A stretch of DNA of 64,000 nt from an uncultured delta proteobacterium (GTDB lineage: Bacteria; Desulfobacterota; Syntrophia; Syntrophales; UBA5619): contig CAWFOM010000005.1 in NCBI GenBank assembly GCA_963817385.1, positions 224,001 to 288,000 of the forward strand, in the 5' to 3' direction. Below are positions 10,214-19,903 of the stretch, piece after piece; the stretch's first letter is position 1, and each line of letters opens with the position of its first letter. A model generated the notes under the pieces. That model had not been told where the DNA came from, did not search any database, and saw only the letters and a list, made by a program, of their open reading frames with translations. A program made the translations under genes and the position numbers.

Positions 10214-10242
10214 CAGGCGGTCGCCATGACAATCCAAGCGGT
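10214..10242 (-). promoter_or_regulatory. LytTR (BtsR/YehT-type) direct-repeat binding site
   Basis: Minus strand ACCGCTTG-N13-ACCGCCTG, about 43 bp upstream of the -35 box. Confidence 0.65.
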
Positions 10243-10310
10243 CGAAAATCGCGCCCGACCGGCAGCTAAGAGACGGAGAAACGGACCTACCCTCCCGGAC
10301 AGAACGCTCC

Positions 10311-11021
10311 TCAGAAGTGCAATTTGTCTCTCAGCACCCGAAGGTAGCGGCGGCTCACGGGGACAAGCCGGCCCGATTTCGTCTTGATGTCGGCAAGCAT
10401 GTTTTCGCGGAGGATGATTTCGTCCACCAAATTAATATTGACAAGGAACTGCTTGTGGCATCGGACGAGCGGAGTCTTGTTCTCGATAACCTGGAGGGTG
10501 AGTTCCGTGTAAAACTCGCCGCCGGAGGTGATCACATACACCCCCGCCTCACCGGATCGGACATATTCGATCTCCTCCACATCGATGAGTTTGATGGTAA
10601 AGGCTTGGAGGCAGGGAATCTTCTGAATATCGGAACCCGTAAACACCGTTTTACCGCCCTCGGCAAACCTTTTCTTGAGTTTCTCCACGGTCTTCAGGAG
10701 CCGCTCTTTTTCGACCGGCTTGAGCAGGTAGTCGAGGGCGTTTTCCTCGAAGGCCTTGAGGGCGTATTCGTCATACGCGGTGACAAAAACGACGTCCGGC
10801 ATGAGATTCCCGTCGATCATCCCGAGCAGCTCGAATCCGTTGATCACCGGCATCTGGATATCAAGGAACAGCACATCGGGTTTTTCCTTCCTGATGGCCT
10901 GTATCGCCTCCAGGGCGTTGGCGCATTTCCCCGCGACCGTAAATTCACCGGTCTCGTTGAGCATGGCCTCCAGTTCTTGACGGGCATAGATCTCATCATC
11001 GACGATCAGGGCGCGCATCAT
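10311..11021 (-). CDS. btsR: LytTR family response regulator, BtsR/YehT-like
   Basis: Receiver domain (DDE, FLDIQMP, TAYDEYA, KPV) plus LytTR domain (VRCHKQFLVN, VPVSRRY). Confidence 0.85.
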   Translation of the reverse strand: MMRALIVDDEIYARQELEAMLNETGEFTVAGKCANALEAIQAIRKEKPDVLFLDIQMPVINGFELLGMIDGNLMPDVVFVTAYDEYALKAFEENALDYLLKPVEKERLLKTVEKLKKRFAEGGKTVFTGSDIQKIPCLQAFTIKLIDVEEIEYVRSGEAGVYVITSGGEFYTELTLQVIENKTPLVRCHKQFLVNINLVDEIILRENMLADIKTKSGRLVPVSRRYLRVLRDKLHF

Positions 11022-12694
11022 GACGCATGGCTCTCCAGAGGAATTTGCACGGTAACCCGCGTGACCTCATTCGGCACGCAGGAGATCGCCACCCCGGAAT
11101 CACTGCCGAAATGCCCCTTGAGCCGTTTGTCGACGATCTTGATCCCGTGGCCGTCGTCCGTTACCTTCTCGTGATAGATCCCGGCATTATCCTCGATCTC
11201 GATGAACGCCCGGCCATCCGTCCGAAAGGCCTTGATCCTGGCCACCCCCGGCCCCATCGTCCGCGAAATCCCGTGTTTGAAGGCGTTCTCGACGAGCGGC
11301 TGCAGGGTGAAGGTGGGAAGGATCACCGTGAGCAGGGAGGGGTCGATATCGATCTCGACCGCCAAACGATCGTCGTAGCGCGCCTTCTCGATCTGCAGAT
11401 AGGAATTCACCTGGTCGAGTTCCTCCTCCAGTGTCGACAGATCATTGCCGCGCTTGAGGTTCTTGCGGAAAAAGTTGGACAGATGGATGAGCAGATCCTT
11501 GCACCGCGCGGCGTCGATCCTGAGGACCGCGATGATCGTATTGAGGGAGTTGAACAGGAAGTGCGGGTTCACCTGCGCCTGGAGGAGTTTCAGTTCGGAC
11601 TGCACCAGGAGGTTCTTCTGCATCTCATAGCGGGCCTGGAGCAGCTGGTTCGACAGGAGACGCGCAATCCCCTCGCCGAGGGTTTTGTTCATATTGAGAA
11701 AGCGCTTGTTCTTGGGTTCGAAGAGCTGGATCGTCCCGATCACGTCATTGTCGATATGGAGGGGAACCACGAGCACGGAGGTCAGCGGGCAGGTCTCCGA
11801 CAGCGGGCAGGTGTACCGGTCATGTCCGCCGGCGGCGAACATGACCCGGTTTTCCCGGATCGCCTTCAGGGAGAAGGGGGACGCGAGCTGATTGCCCGGC
11901 TGGTGGTGATCCGTACCCTGGCCGACAAAGGCCAGCACCTTCTCCTTATCGGTAATGGCCACCGCACCCACGCCGGTTTCCTTATGGATGATCTTCGCCA
12001 GCGCTACGGCCGATTCACCGGTGATGCCCTTCGCAAGGATGTTCAGCGTCCTCTCCGCGATCTTGAACGCCTTTGTCGAGGAGACGGCGGCAATCCGATC
12101 GACCATGTTCTTCTGGTCGCGGATGATGCTCATGAACAGGGCGGCGCCGACGGCGTTCGAGGCGATCATCGGGACGGCGATAACCTTGACCAGGGTCACG
12201 GCATTGTCGAAAGGACGGGAGATCAGGAGAATGACGGCCATCTCGAGAATCTCCGCGCCGAAGGCGGTGAGAAAGGCGATCTTCGGATCGAACAGGGACT
12301 CCGACCGGTTCTTCCTCGACAGATGCCAATGGACGAGCCCGCCGATCATCCCCGCGAGCGTGGTTGCGAGTCCGCAGGAGGTGGCGGTAAATCCTCCCAG
12401 AAAATAGCGATGGACCCCGCCGGTGAATCCTACGGCCGTTCCGAGCATGGGTCCCCCGATGATGCCTGCCAATACCGCGCCGATGGCCCGGGTGTTGGCG
12501 ATGGCGTCATGGACGGGCGTGCCCAGATAGGTGCCCAAGATCGACAGGCACGAGAAGACGACGTAGAGGTAGAGTTTGTCGATCGCACTGATCGTGTCCG
12601 TGGTCAGGGACTTGAACAGCGGGGATTTGCAGTAGATGTAGGCGATAACCACAAAAACCGACATCGCCTGGGTCATACGAAAGAGAATTTCCAT
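11018..12694 (-). CDS. btsS: LytS-family sensor histidine kinase, BtsS/YehU-like
   Basis: 5TM LytS input domain (IANTRAIG), GAF region, QAQVNPHFLFN and LQPLVENAFKHG motifs. Confidence 0.85.
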   Translation of the reverse strand: MEILFRMTQAMSVFVVIAYIYCKSPLFKSLTTDTISAIDKLYLYVVFSCLSILGTYLGTPVHDAIANTRAIGAVLAGIIGGPMLGTAVGFTGGVHRYFLGGFTATSCGLATTLAGMIGGLVHWHLSRKNRSESLFDPKIAFLTAFGAEILEMAVILLISRPFDNAVTLVKVIAVPMIASNAVGAALFMSIIRDQKNMVDRIAAVSSTKAFKIAERTLNILAKGITGESAVALAKIIHKETGVGAVAITDKEKVLAFVGQGTDHHQPGNQLASPFSLKAIRENRVMFAAGGHDRYTCPLSETCPLTSVLVVPLHIDNDVIGTIQLFEPKNKRFLNMNKTLGEGIARLLSNQLLQARYEMQKNLLVQSELKLLQAQVNPHFLFNSLNTIIAVLRIDAARCKDLLIHLSNFFRKNLKRGNDLSTLEEELDQVNSYLQIEKARYDDRLAVEIDIDPSLLTVILPTFTLQPLVENAFKHGISRTMGPGVARIKAFRTDGRAFIEIEDNAGIYHEKVTDDGHGIKIVDKRLKGHFGSDSGVAISCVPNEVTRVTVQIPLESHAS

Positions 12695-12949
12695 GGAGTA
12701 TTAGCCGTCACGCTGCCGGCTTGCAGGTCGTTTGGTGGTACATGAAGTATTGCTAAATCATCTTGACCATTTACATGCATACTTTCCGATGCGGTGTGAC
12801 GGTACCATCCGTACTAATTAGTTGTCAACGGAAAAAAGGTGACACCCCGTCTTTTTTATTTTCTCTTCCCGGAAAAAACTGATATAAGCTACCGCGCAGT
12901 TGCTCGGCAATCTCCCTGTTCCATTGAAGAAACATTGAGGAAGGAAAAA

Positions 12950-13915
12950 ATGAAAAAACAAATTTATGTCGCCCGAGAGGTTTTTCAAGAAGTCCTGGAT
13001 TTTCTGGCGCCTCATTTTGCCGTTGCCGCCAATCAGGAAGACACGGTCCTCACCGCGGAGGAGCTGGCCCGGGTGCTCGCCGACAAGGACGGGGCCATGA
13101 CGACGCTCACCGAACGGATCGACGAGGATCTCCTGAGCCGTTGTCCCCGCCTGAAGGCGGTCTGCAACATCGCCGTGGGGTACAACAATATCGATCTGGC
13201 CGCCTGCAGCGCCCACGGCGTCATGGCCACCAACACCCCGGGGGTCCTGGACGACACCACGGCCGATTTCGCCTGGACGCTGATCCTCGCCACCGCCCGC
13301 CGGCTGAACGAGGCCGAGGCCTACGTCCGGGAAGGCCGATGGGACAAGTGGAAGCTCAAGCAATTCCTCGGCCTCGATGTCCACCATGCCACGCTGGGAA
13401 TTGTCGGCCTGGGACGGATCGGCCAGGTAGTGGCCCGCCGCGCAGTGGGTTTCGAGATGGAGGTGCTCTACCACGATGTGCAACGGGCCGCCCCGGCAAT
13501 CGAAGCCGCCTGCCGGGCCAGGTATGTGACCAAGGAGGAGCTCTTTCGCAAGGCGGACATCGTCACGATCCATATCCCTTACAGCAAGGAGACCCACCAT
13601 GCGATCGGCGCCCCGGAGATCGCCCTCATGAAAAAATCGGCGATCCTCATCCATGCCGCCCGGGGCGGGGTGGTGGACGATGCCGCACTGGTCGAGGCGC
13701 TCCGCAGAGGGACCATTGCCGGCGCCGGCCTCGATGTCTTCGAAGGGGAACCCGCCATCCATCCGGGATTCCGGGAACTGAAAAATGTGGTCCTGTCGCC
13801 TCATATCGCCAGTTCTTCCGAGCGGACCCGCTTCAACATGGCCATGAAGGCCGCGGAGAATCTTGTCGCCGCCCTGACTTCCGGCAATCCCCCGAACCTT
13901 TTGAATCGGGGGTGA
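12950..13915 (+). CDS. D-isomer 2-hydroxyacid dehydrogenase (glyoxylate/hydroxypyruvate reductase-like)
   Basis: AVGYNNID, TNTPGVL, GLGRIG, ARG, DVFEGEP and PHIAS motifs. Confidence 0.9.
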   Translation: MKKQIYVAREVFQEVLDFLAPHFAVAANQEDTVLTAEELARVLADKDGAMTTLTERIDEDLLSRCPRLKAVCNIAVGYNNIDLAACSAHGVMATNTPGVLDDTTADFAWTLILATARRLNEAEAYVREGRWDKWKLKQFLGLDVHHATLGIVGLGRIGQVVARRAVGFEMEVLYHDVQRAAPAIEAACRARYVTKEELFRKADIVTIHIPYSKETHHAIGAPEIALMKKSAILIHAARGGVVDDAALVEALRRGTIAGAGLDVFEGEPAIHPGFRELKNVVLSPHIASSSERTRFNMAMKAAENLVAALTSGNPPNLLNRG

Positions 13916-13951
13916 AAGCGAAGTAAGCGGATAAAAGGAGGTCGTAAAATC

Positions 13952-15277
13952 ATGGACAAGCCCATGCACACCCTGAGCCTGAGGGAAGCCGCAGACGGGA
14001 TCAAAAACCGGCGATTCACCTCCGAAGAGTACACCCGGGCCCTCCTCGCGAGGATCGCATCGATTGATGAAGCGATCCAGGCCTGGACCTGGCTCAAGCC
14101 TGAAGAGGCGATCGAGGCCGCCCGCCGTTCCGACCGTCATCTCCGGTCCGGCGGCACACCCGGCCCCCTCCAGGGCCTGCCGATCGGGGTGAAGGATATC
14201 TTTGCCACCGCCGGCGTGCCCACGCAAATGGGTTCTCCCGCCTTTGCCGGCCATATCCCGACCGAGTCGGCCGCGGTGATTGCACGGCTCGAGGCCCGGG
14301 GGGCCTTTGTCATGGGGAAGACCGTCACCACCGAATGCGCCTTTCTCTCCCCCGGAAAGACCATGAACCCCTGGAATCCGGTGCATACGCCGGGCGGATC
14401 GTCGAGCGGCTCCGCCGCCGCGGTCGCGGCAGGCTTTGTCCCGGCCGCCCTGGGCACGCAAACCAACGGTTCCGTCATCAGGCCCGCCGCCTTTTGCGGG
14501 GTCGTGGGCTTCAAGCCGACCCAGGGGGTGATCCCCATCGCGGGCGCCCTGACGTTCAGCCACACCCTGGATCAGCCGGGCATCCTGACCCGAAGCGTGG
14601 AGGATGCCGCCTTCCTCGCGGCCTCCCTGGCCGACGAAGGAACCCCACTTTCTGGGTCGATCCCCGACTGCTCCGCGCCTCCCCGCCTGGCGGCTGTCAG
14701 AACGCCCGTCTGGGAGCAGGCCGAGGAGCACGCCAAACGGAATTTCCGGGAGACCATCGAAGCATTGCGCAATGGCGGCGCCCAGGTCGAGGAGTGCGAA
14801 CTGCCCGAGCTATTCAGCCTCGCCCACCGGGCGATCCGGACCATCATGGCCGCCGAGTCCGCCTTGAACCTGGAGGCGCTCGCTCTCAACCATGCCCCCC
14901 TCCTGAGTGCAACCTTGGGGAATTTTCTCGCCGAGGGAAGGGCAACGGGGGCGGTGGACTATCTGCGGGCCATGAAGACGCGCCAGAGCCTGCAAACGGA
15001 ACTGGAGCGATTTCTCATGCGATACGACGCCATCATCACCCCTCCCACGACGGGAGAAGCCCCGGCTACGCTCGAACAAACGGGTAACCCCACCTTCTGC
15101 TCGATCTGGAGCCTCTGCGGCGTCCCGGCGATTACGATCCCGGTGGGATTCGGACCTCGGGGGCTGCCGCTGGGCTTGCAGATCGTTGGCCCGCGGGGGA
15201 AAGATGGACAGCTCTTGTCTGCGGCCCGCTGGTGCGAGGGGTTGTTTCCCTTTCCCCCCTGGAGGGAAAAACCTTGA
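13952..15277 (+). CDS. Amidase signature family protein
   Basis: GVKD, TPGGSSSGSAAAVAA and GTQTNGSVIRPA motifs. Confidence 0.92.
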   Translation: MDKPMHTLSLREAADGIKNRRFTSEEYTRALLARIASIDEAIQAWTWLKPEEAIEAARRSDRHLRSGGTPGPLQGLPIGVKDIFATAGVPTQMGSPAFAGHIPTESAAVIARLEARGAFVMGKTVTTECAFLSPGKTMNPWNPVHTPGGSSSGSAAAVAAGFVPAALGTQTNGSVIRPAAFCGVVGFKPTQGVIPIAGALTFSHTLDQPGILTRSVEDAAFLAASLADEGTPLSGSIPDCSAPPRLAAVRTPVWEQAEEHAKRNFRETIEALRNGGAQVEECELPELFSLAHRAIRTIMAAESALNLEALALNHAPLLSATLGNFLAEGRATGAVDYLRAMKTRQSLQTELERFLMRYDAIITPPTTGEAPATLEQTGNPTFCSIWSLCGVPAITIPVGFGPRGLPLGLQIVGPRGKDGQLLSAARWCEGLFPFPPWREKP

Positions 15278-16630
15278 ATCTCCATCATCTTCTGACGAAG
15301 AGGACCTGTGAAAAAGGTCCTCTCCGCGTCGGTCTGATCGGCGCCGGCAAGTTCGGCAGCATGTTTATGGCCCAGGCCGGGAGCACCGAGGGGATTCACC
15401 TCGCCGCCATTGCCGACCTGGCCCCTGCGAGGGCCATCGCTGCGCTCAAGCGGACCGGCTGGCGTGACGGGCAAGGGACGGCCGCCTCCCTCCCGGATGC
15501 CCTGGCCAACGGGACCACCTTCATCACCGATGACGCTATCGGCATGATCTCCTCCCCCGGCCTGGACGTGATCATCGATGCCACGGGGAGCCCCTCCGCT
15601 GGCATCGCCCACGTCCTCGCCTGCTGCCGGCAGAGGAAGCATATCGTCATGGTCAACGTTGAAGCGGATGCCCTGGCCGGGCCGCTATTGGCACGGCGGG
15701 CGCATGAGGCGGGAATCGTCTACTCCCTGGCCTACGGCGACCAGCCGGCCCTCATCTGCGAGATGGTGGACTGGGCGCGCGCCTGCGGCTTTACGGTGGT
15801 TGCCGCCGGCAAGGGAACGAAATACCTGCCCGTCTATCACCGCTCGACGCCGGATACGGTATGGGGCTATTACGGCTTTACCGAGGAGCAGGTGGCGCGG
15901 GGGGATTTCAACGCCAAGATGTTCAACTCCTTCCTGGACGGAACAAAGTCGGCAATCGAAATGGCCGCCGTTGCCAATGCGACCGGCCTCCTTCCTCCCC
16001 GGGACGGGCTTCGCTTTCCACCCTGCGGCGCGGACGATCTCCCGCGTATCCTGAAGCCCCGTAACGCGGGAGGGCTCCTGGATGATGCCGGACAGGTGGA
16101 GGTGGTCTCCAGCCTGGAGAGGGACGGACGGCCCGTATACCGTGACCTGCGCTGGGGCGTCTTCGTGACCTTTACCACCGCAAATAGCTACTCGGCCCAG
16201 TGTTTCCGTGAGTACGGCGTCGTGACCGATGAGAGCGGCCGCTACTCGGCCCTCTACCGGCCGGCCCACCTGATCGGCCTCGAACTCGGCATCAGCGTGG
16301 CCTCGGTGGCGCTCCGCGGCGAACCGACCGGATCGGCGCAGGATTTCACCGGGGACGTGGCGGCCACGGCAAAAAGCGACCTGCTCCCCGGGGATATCCT
16401 GGACGGGGAAGGAGGTTCGACCGTCTACGGGACCCTCCTGCCGGCCCGCAAATCCATCGCCTCCGGGTACCTCCCCATCGGCCTCGCCCATGGGGTCAAG
16501 GTCGTCAAGAATCCAGTCACCGCCGGCGAGATGGTCAGGTGGGACGATGTCACTCTATAAAGGACAGGACGAGACGGTGAAATTCCGCCGGGAGATGGAG
16601 ACCGTCTTCAAAAAGGAGTGGGGAATGTAA
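15274..16630 (+). CDS. NAD(P)-dependent oxidoreductase with C-terminal SAF domain (homoserine-dehydrogenase-like)
   Basis: GAGKFG, VNVEAD, GDQP, GKGTK and LDGEGG motifs; TTG start overlaps the amidase stop; ORF stops at 16560 but another frame continues DETVKFRREMETVFKKEWGM to 16630 (+1 shift near 16555). Confidence 0.8.
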
Positions 16631-16668
16631 GGCGGACGGAAGCGGACGTACCTCGATCTTGAAGACGA

Positions 16669-16824
16669 GATCCCTCCGCGCCTGAGGACATTTTTCCGAC
16701 CCTGCACCCCTCGCTTCGCTGCCGGGAAAAAACTCGCGCTTCGCGCTCGGACATTTTTCCCGGCGGTCGCTCCGCTCAAGGGGCAGGGTACTCCGGAAAA
16801 ATCTCCAATGGCGCTTCCGGGATC
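16669..16824. repeat. Long nested palindromic intergenic element (REP/MITE-like)
   Basis: Nested pairs GATCCC/GGGATC, ATTTTTCCG/CGGAAAAAT, ACCCTGC/GCAGGGT and GCCGGGAAAAA/TTTTTCCCGGC. Confidence 0.6.
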
Positions 16825-16889
16825 ACATATCCAAGCCACCAAATGTTTACGATAAAAGAAAGCGCATCAGCAGACAAAGGATCACAAAC

Positions 16890-17771
16890 ATGAGCATGAA
16901 CGTCGGTTTCATCGGTCTGGGTATCATGGGAACCCCCATGGCCCTCAATCTCGCCCGCGGCGGCTATCCCCTGTGGGTTTGCGACCGCCGGGTCGAAGCG
17001 GCGGCGCCGCTTGTGGCCGCCGGCGCCCGAGCCTGCGCTTCTTCGGAAGAGGCGGTGCGCGCCGCCGAAGTTATCATTATCATGGTACCCGACACCAGTG
17101 CGGTGGAGCAGGCGATCATGGGACCGAACGGGGTCCTGGCAGGGGCGAAACCCGGGGCTGCCGTCGTGGTAATGAGCACGATCTCCCCGGAGGCCGCCCG
17201 CTCCCTCGCCGCCCGGCTCTGGGAGCACGAAGTGGAGATGCTCGACGCCCCGGTATCGGGAGGGGAGGCGGAAGCCGCAGAAGGATCCCTGACGATCATG
17301 GCGGGGGGAAAACCGGAAGTCTTCGAGCGCGTTAAGCCGCTCTTCGAGCGCCTAGGGAAGAATATCGTTCATGTCGGCCCCACCGGCGCGGGGCAGTTGG
17401 CCAAGGCCTGCAACCAGATCCTGGTTACGATGGCCATCGAAGGGGTGGCCGAGGCGTTTACCTTCGCCCGGAAAAACGGCGTGGATCCACACCGGGTGCG
17501 GGAGGCCCTCCTGGGCGGTTTTGCGGGCAGCAAAGCCCTGGAGGTCCAGGGGAAACGGATGCTGGATCGTGATTTCCAGCCGGGATTCAGGGCGCGTCTC
17601 CATCAAGAGGACCTGCGGATCATCATGGAGACAGCGCACGCGGCGGGTCTTGCCCTGCCCGGTTCCGCCCTGGCGGCCCAGCACATGAACGCCCTCATCG
17701 GAAGCGGAGACGGGGAGTTGGATTCTTCGGCCTTCGTGAACGTGATCGAACGATTGAATGAAGGCAAGTGA
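16890..17771 (+). CDS. 2-hydroxy-3-oxopropionate (tartronate semialdehyde) reductase-like, paralogue 1
   Basis: GFIGLGIMG, DAPVSGG, KACNQ and GGFAGS motifs. Confidence 0.85.
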   Translation: MSMNVGFIGLGIMGTPMALNLARGGYPLWVCDRRVEAAAPLVAAGARACASSEEAVRAAEVIIIMVPDTSAVEQAIMGPNGVLAGAKPGAAVVVMSTISPEAARSLAARLWEHEVEMLDAPVSGGEAEAAEGSLTIMAGGKPEVFERVKPLFERLGKNIVHVGPTGAGQLAKACNQILVTMAIEGVAEAFTFARKNGVDPHRVREALLGGFAGSKALEVQGKRMLDRDFQPGFRARLHQEDLRIIMETAHAAGLALPGSALAAQHMNALIGSGDGELDSSAFVNVIERLNEGK

Positions 17772-17781
17772 GAGAGACGAA

Positions 17782-18666
17782 ATGTTGACGAACGTCGGTT
17801 TTATCGGTTTAGGGGTGATGGGGAGACCCATGGCCCTGAACCTCATCAAAGGCGGTTATCGCCTCCGGGTGTACGGACGGCGGAAAGAGACGATGGCCCC
17901 CCTGCTGGAGGCCGGCGCCACCGCCTGCGGGTCGCCGGAAGAAGTCGCCAGGGGCTGTGACGTCGTCTTTACCATGGTGACCACCACCCAGGATGTCCTG
18001 GCGGTCGTTCTGGGTGAGCGGGGCGTTGTCGCCGGCGCCCGACGGGGCGCCATCCTGGTGGATATGGGGACCATCTCGCCCGCCGCCACGCGCACGATCG
18101 CCGCACGGCTCGCAGAGGCGGGTATCGAGGCGCTCGACGCCCCCGTTTCGGGCGGGGGAATCGGGGCGATAAACGGAACCCTTTCCATCATGGTAGGGGG
18201 GAAACCGGAGATATTTGAGCGGGTCAAACCGCTTTTTTCCTGCATGGGGAAGAACATCGTCCATATCGGTCCGAACAGCGCCGGGCAGGTCGCCAAGGCC
18301 TGCAATCAGATCGTCATGCTCATGACCCTTCAGGGCCTGGCCGAGGCGTTCACCTTCGCGCGCAAGAACGGATTGGATCCGCAAAAGGTGTATGAGTCAT
18401 TAGCCGGGGGCGCCGCCGAGTGCAGAATTCGGGAAGTGCTGGGGAAACGGATGGTGGAGAGAAATTACGTCCCCGGAATCGAAGCGCGTCTCCACTACAA
18501 AGACATCCAGATCGTTCTCAACGAAGCCCATGCCCTCGGCATGGCGCTGCCGGGGACCGCCCTGGTAACCCAGATGTTCAACGCCCTCATCGGCCGCGGC
18601 GGCGGCAACGAAGATTCTTCACAGCTCGTGGAAGTGATCGAGACCCTATCGAAACCCCGGCAATAA
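17782..18666 (+). CDS. 2-hydroxy-3-oxopropionate reductase-like / beta-hydroxyacid dehydrogenase, paralogue 2
   Basis: GFIGLGVMG, DAPVSGG, KACNQ and HYKD motifs. Confidence 0.85.
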   Translation: MLTNVGFIGLGVMGRPMALNLIKGGYRLRVYGRRKETMAPLLEAGATACGSPEEVARGCDVVFTMVTTTQDVLAVVLGERGVVAGARRGAILVDMGTISPAATRTIAARLAEAGIEALDAPVSGGGIGAINGTLSIMVGGKPEIFERVKPLFSCMGKNIVHIGPNSAGQVAKACNQIVMLMTLQGLAEAFTFARKNGLDPQKVYESLAGGAAECRIREVLGKRMVERNYVPGIEARLHYKDIQIVLNEAHALGMALPGTALVTQMFNALIGRGGGNEDSSQLVEVIETLSKPRQ

Positions 18667-18705
18667 AATACCCGGCCCTTGCAATCGAGGAACATCCCTT
18701 GGGGG

Positions 18706-19903
18706 TCACTTTCTCACATTCATCATAAAGATCGGCAGGGCTGCGATCAGCATCGACGCTATCACCCAGAATGAAAGCTGATAACTATAACGGGCGATCA
18801 GGAATCCCGCCAGGATGGGGCCTGAGGCATGCCCTATGTCGAAGATCGTGCCGAAGGCGCCCATAGCGGTGCCGAAGTGCTTTTCCTTGCACAGATCGGC
18901 GACCAAGGCGGCGCCGGACGACGTAACGACCGCTCCGCCCAGGCCGAAGAACGCCGCAGCGATCATAAGCATCGAGAAGCCGGTCAATAGCGGGATCGCG
19001 CCGAACGATATGGCGCATATCAACAAGCCGATTGAGATAAGAGCTGTTCTTCCATACCTGTCCGACATTTTCCCCATGATCGGCTTGGAGAGGATGGTCG
19101 TGACCACCTGCACACCCCACAAGATCCCGGCCTGAAATTCGTTGAGGCCGGCGACGGTTACCGCATAGATGGGAAGAAAAGCTTCCAAAGCCCCGACGGT
19201 CATGTTCTGCAAGCCTTCCATGACTGATGTGATAACGATCCGTTTATCGCTCCCGACCTCTTTGATCCCTGAAACGAACCGCTTGATTGCCTCCGATCGG
19301 CCGGTTCCCGCTTCAACGGATTTTTCATCCCTGAGCAATCCGAAGAGACAAGAGCAGCGCCATCATCCCGGTGATCCCGCTCAGGAGATAGGCATAATGG
19401 AATTCTGTAAGGGACGGCGCGGCAGTACCAACAGCGCTGTGCAGGATGAACCCGCCGAGCGGCGCTCCGAGGAGATTCCCGATGATGGTGACGGAAGAGA
19501 ACCACGACATCATCTCGCCCTTTTTATTGCCTGCAACATCCGCCACCACCGCCATGGATACAGGACCGTAAATCGCCGTTGCAAGGCCATGGATGAATCG
19601 GATGATGATGAGCGGATAATAGCTCTCTACCCAGAGATAAGCGAAGGGCATGAAGGCGAAGAAGAGCAGCCCGATGAGCATCGTCCTCTGCCTGCCGATG
19701 ATATCCGAGAGAGCGCCAGCCGGCAGTTTGAAGAATATCCCCGTAACCGTTGAAATACCCACGGCAAACCCAATGGCTTCGGGTCCTGCGCCGAGATAAA
19801 GTGCAAAGAGGGGAAGTACGGGGCTTCTCGCAAGGGCGTAAGAGAGCCTCGCGAAGAACCCGACAGTGCAGAGTGCGGTGAAGGGAGAGAGTAATTTGTT
19901 CAT
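18706..19903 (-). CDS. MFS transporter with one frameshift near 19339
   Basis: GALSDIIGR and GKMSDRYGR motif-A copies in the two halves (ORFs 19325..19972 and 18706..19338); start MNKLLSPF overlaps the chrA stop. Confidence 0.85.

Noticed and set aside
12818..14731. Long antisense ORFs (for example 637 aa here, 572 aa at 11027 and 38234, 555 aa at 21481)
   Set aside because: Shadow ORFs typical of high-GC codon usage, lying opposite well-supported genes and lacking recognisable motifs.
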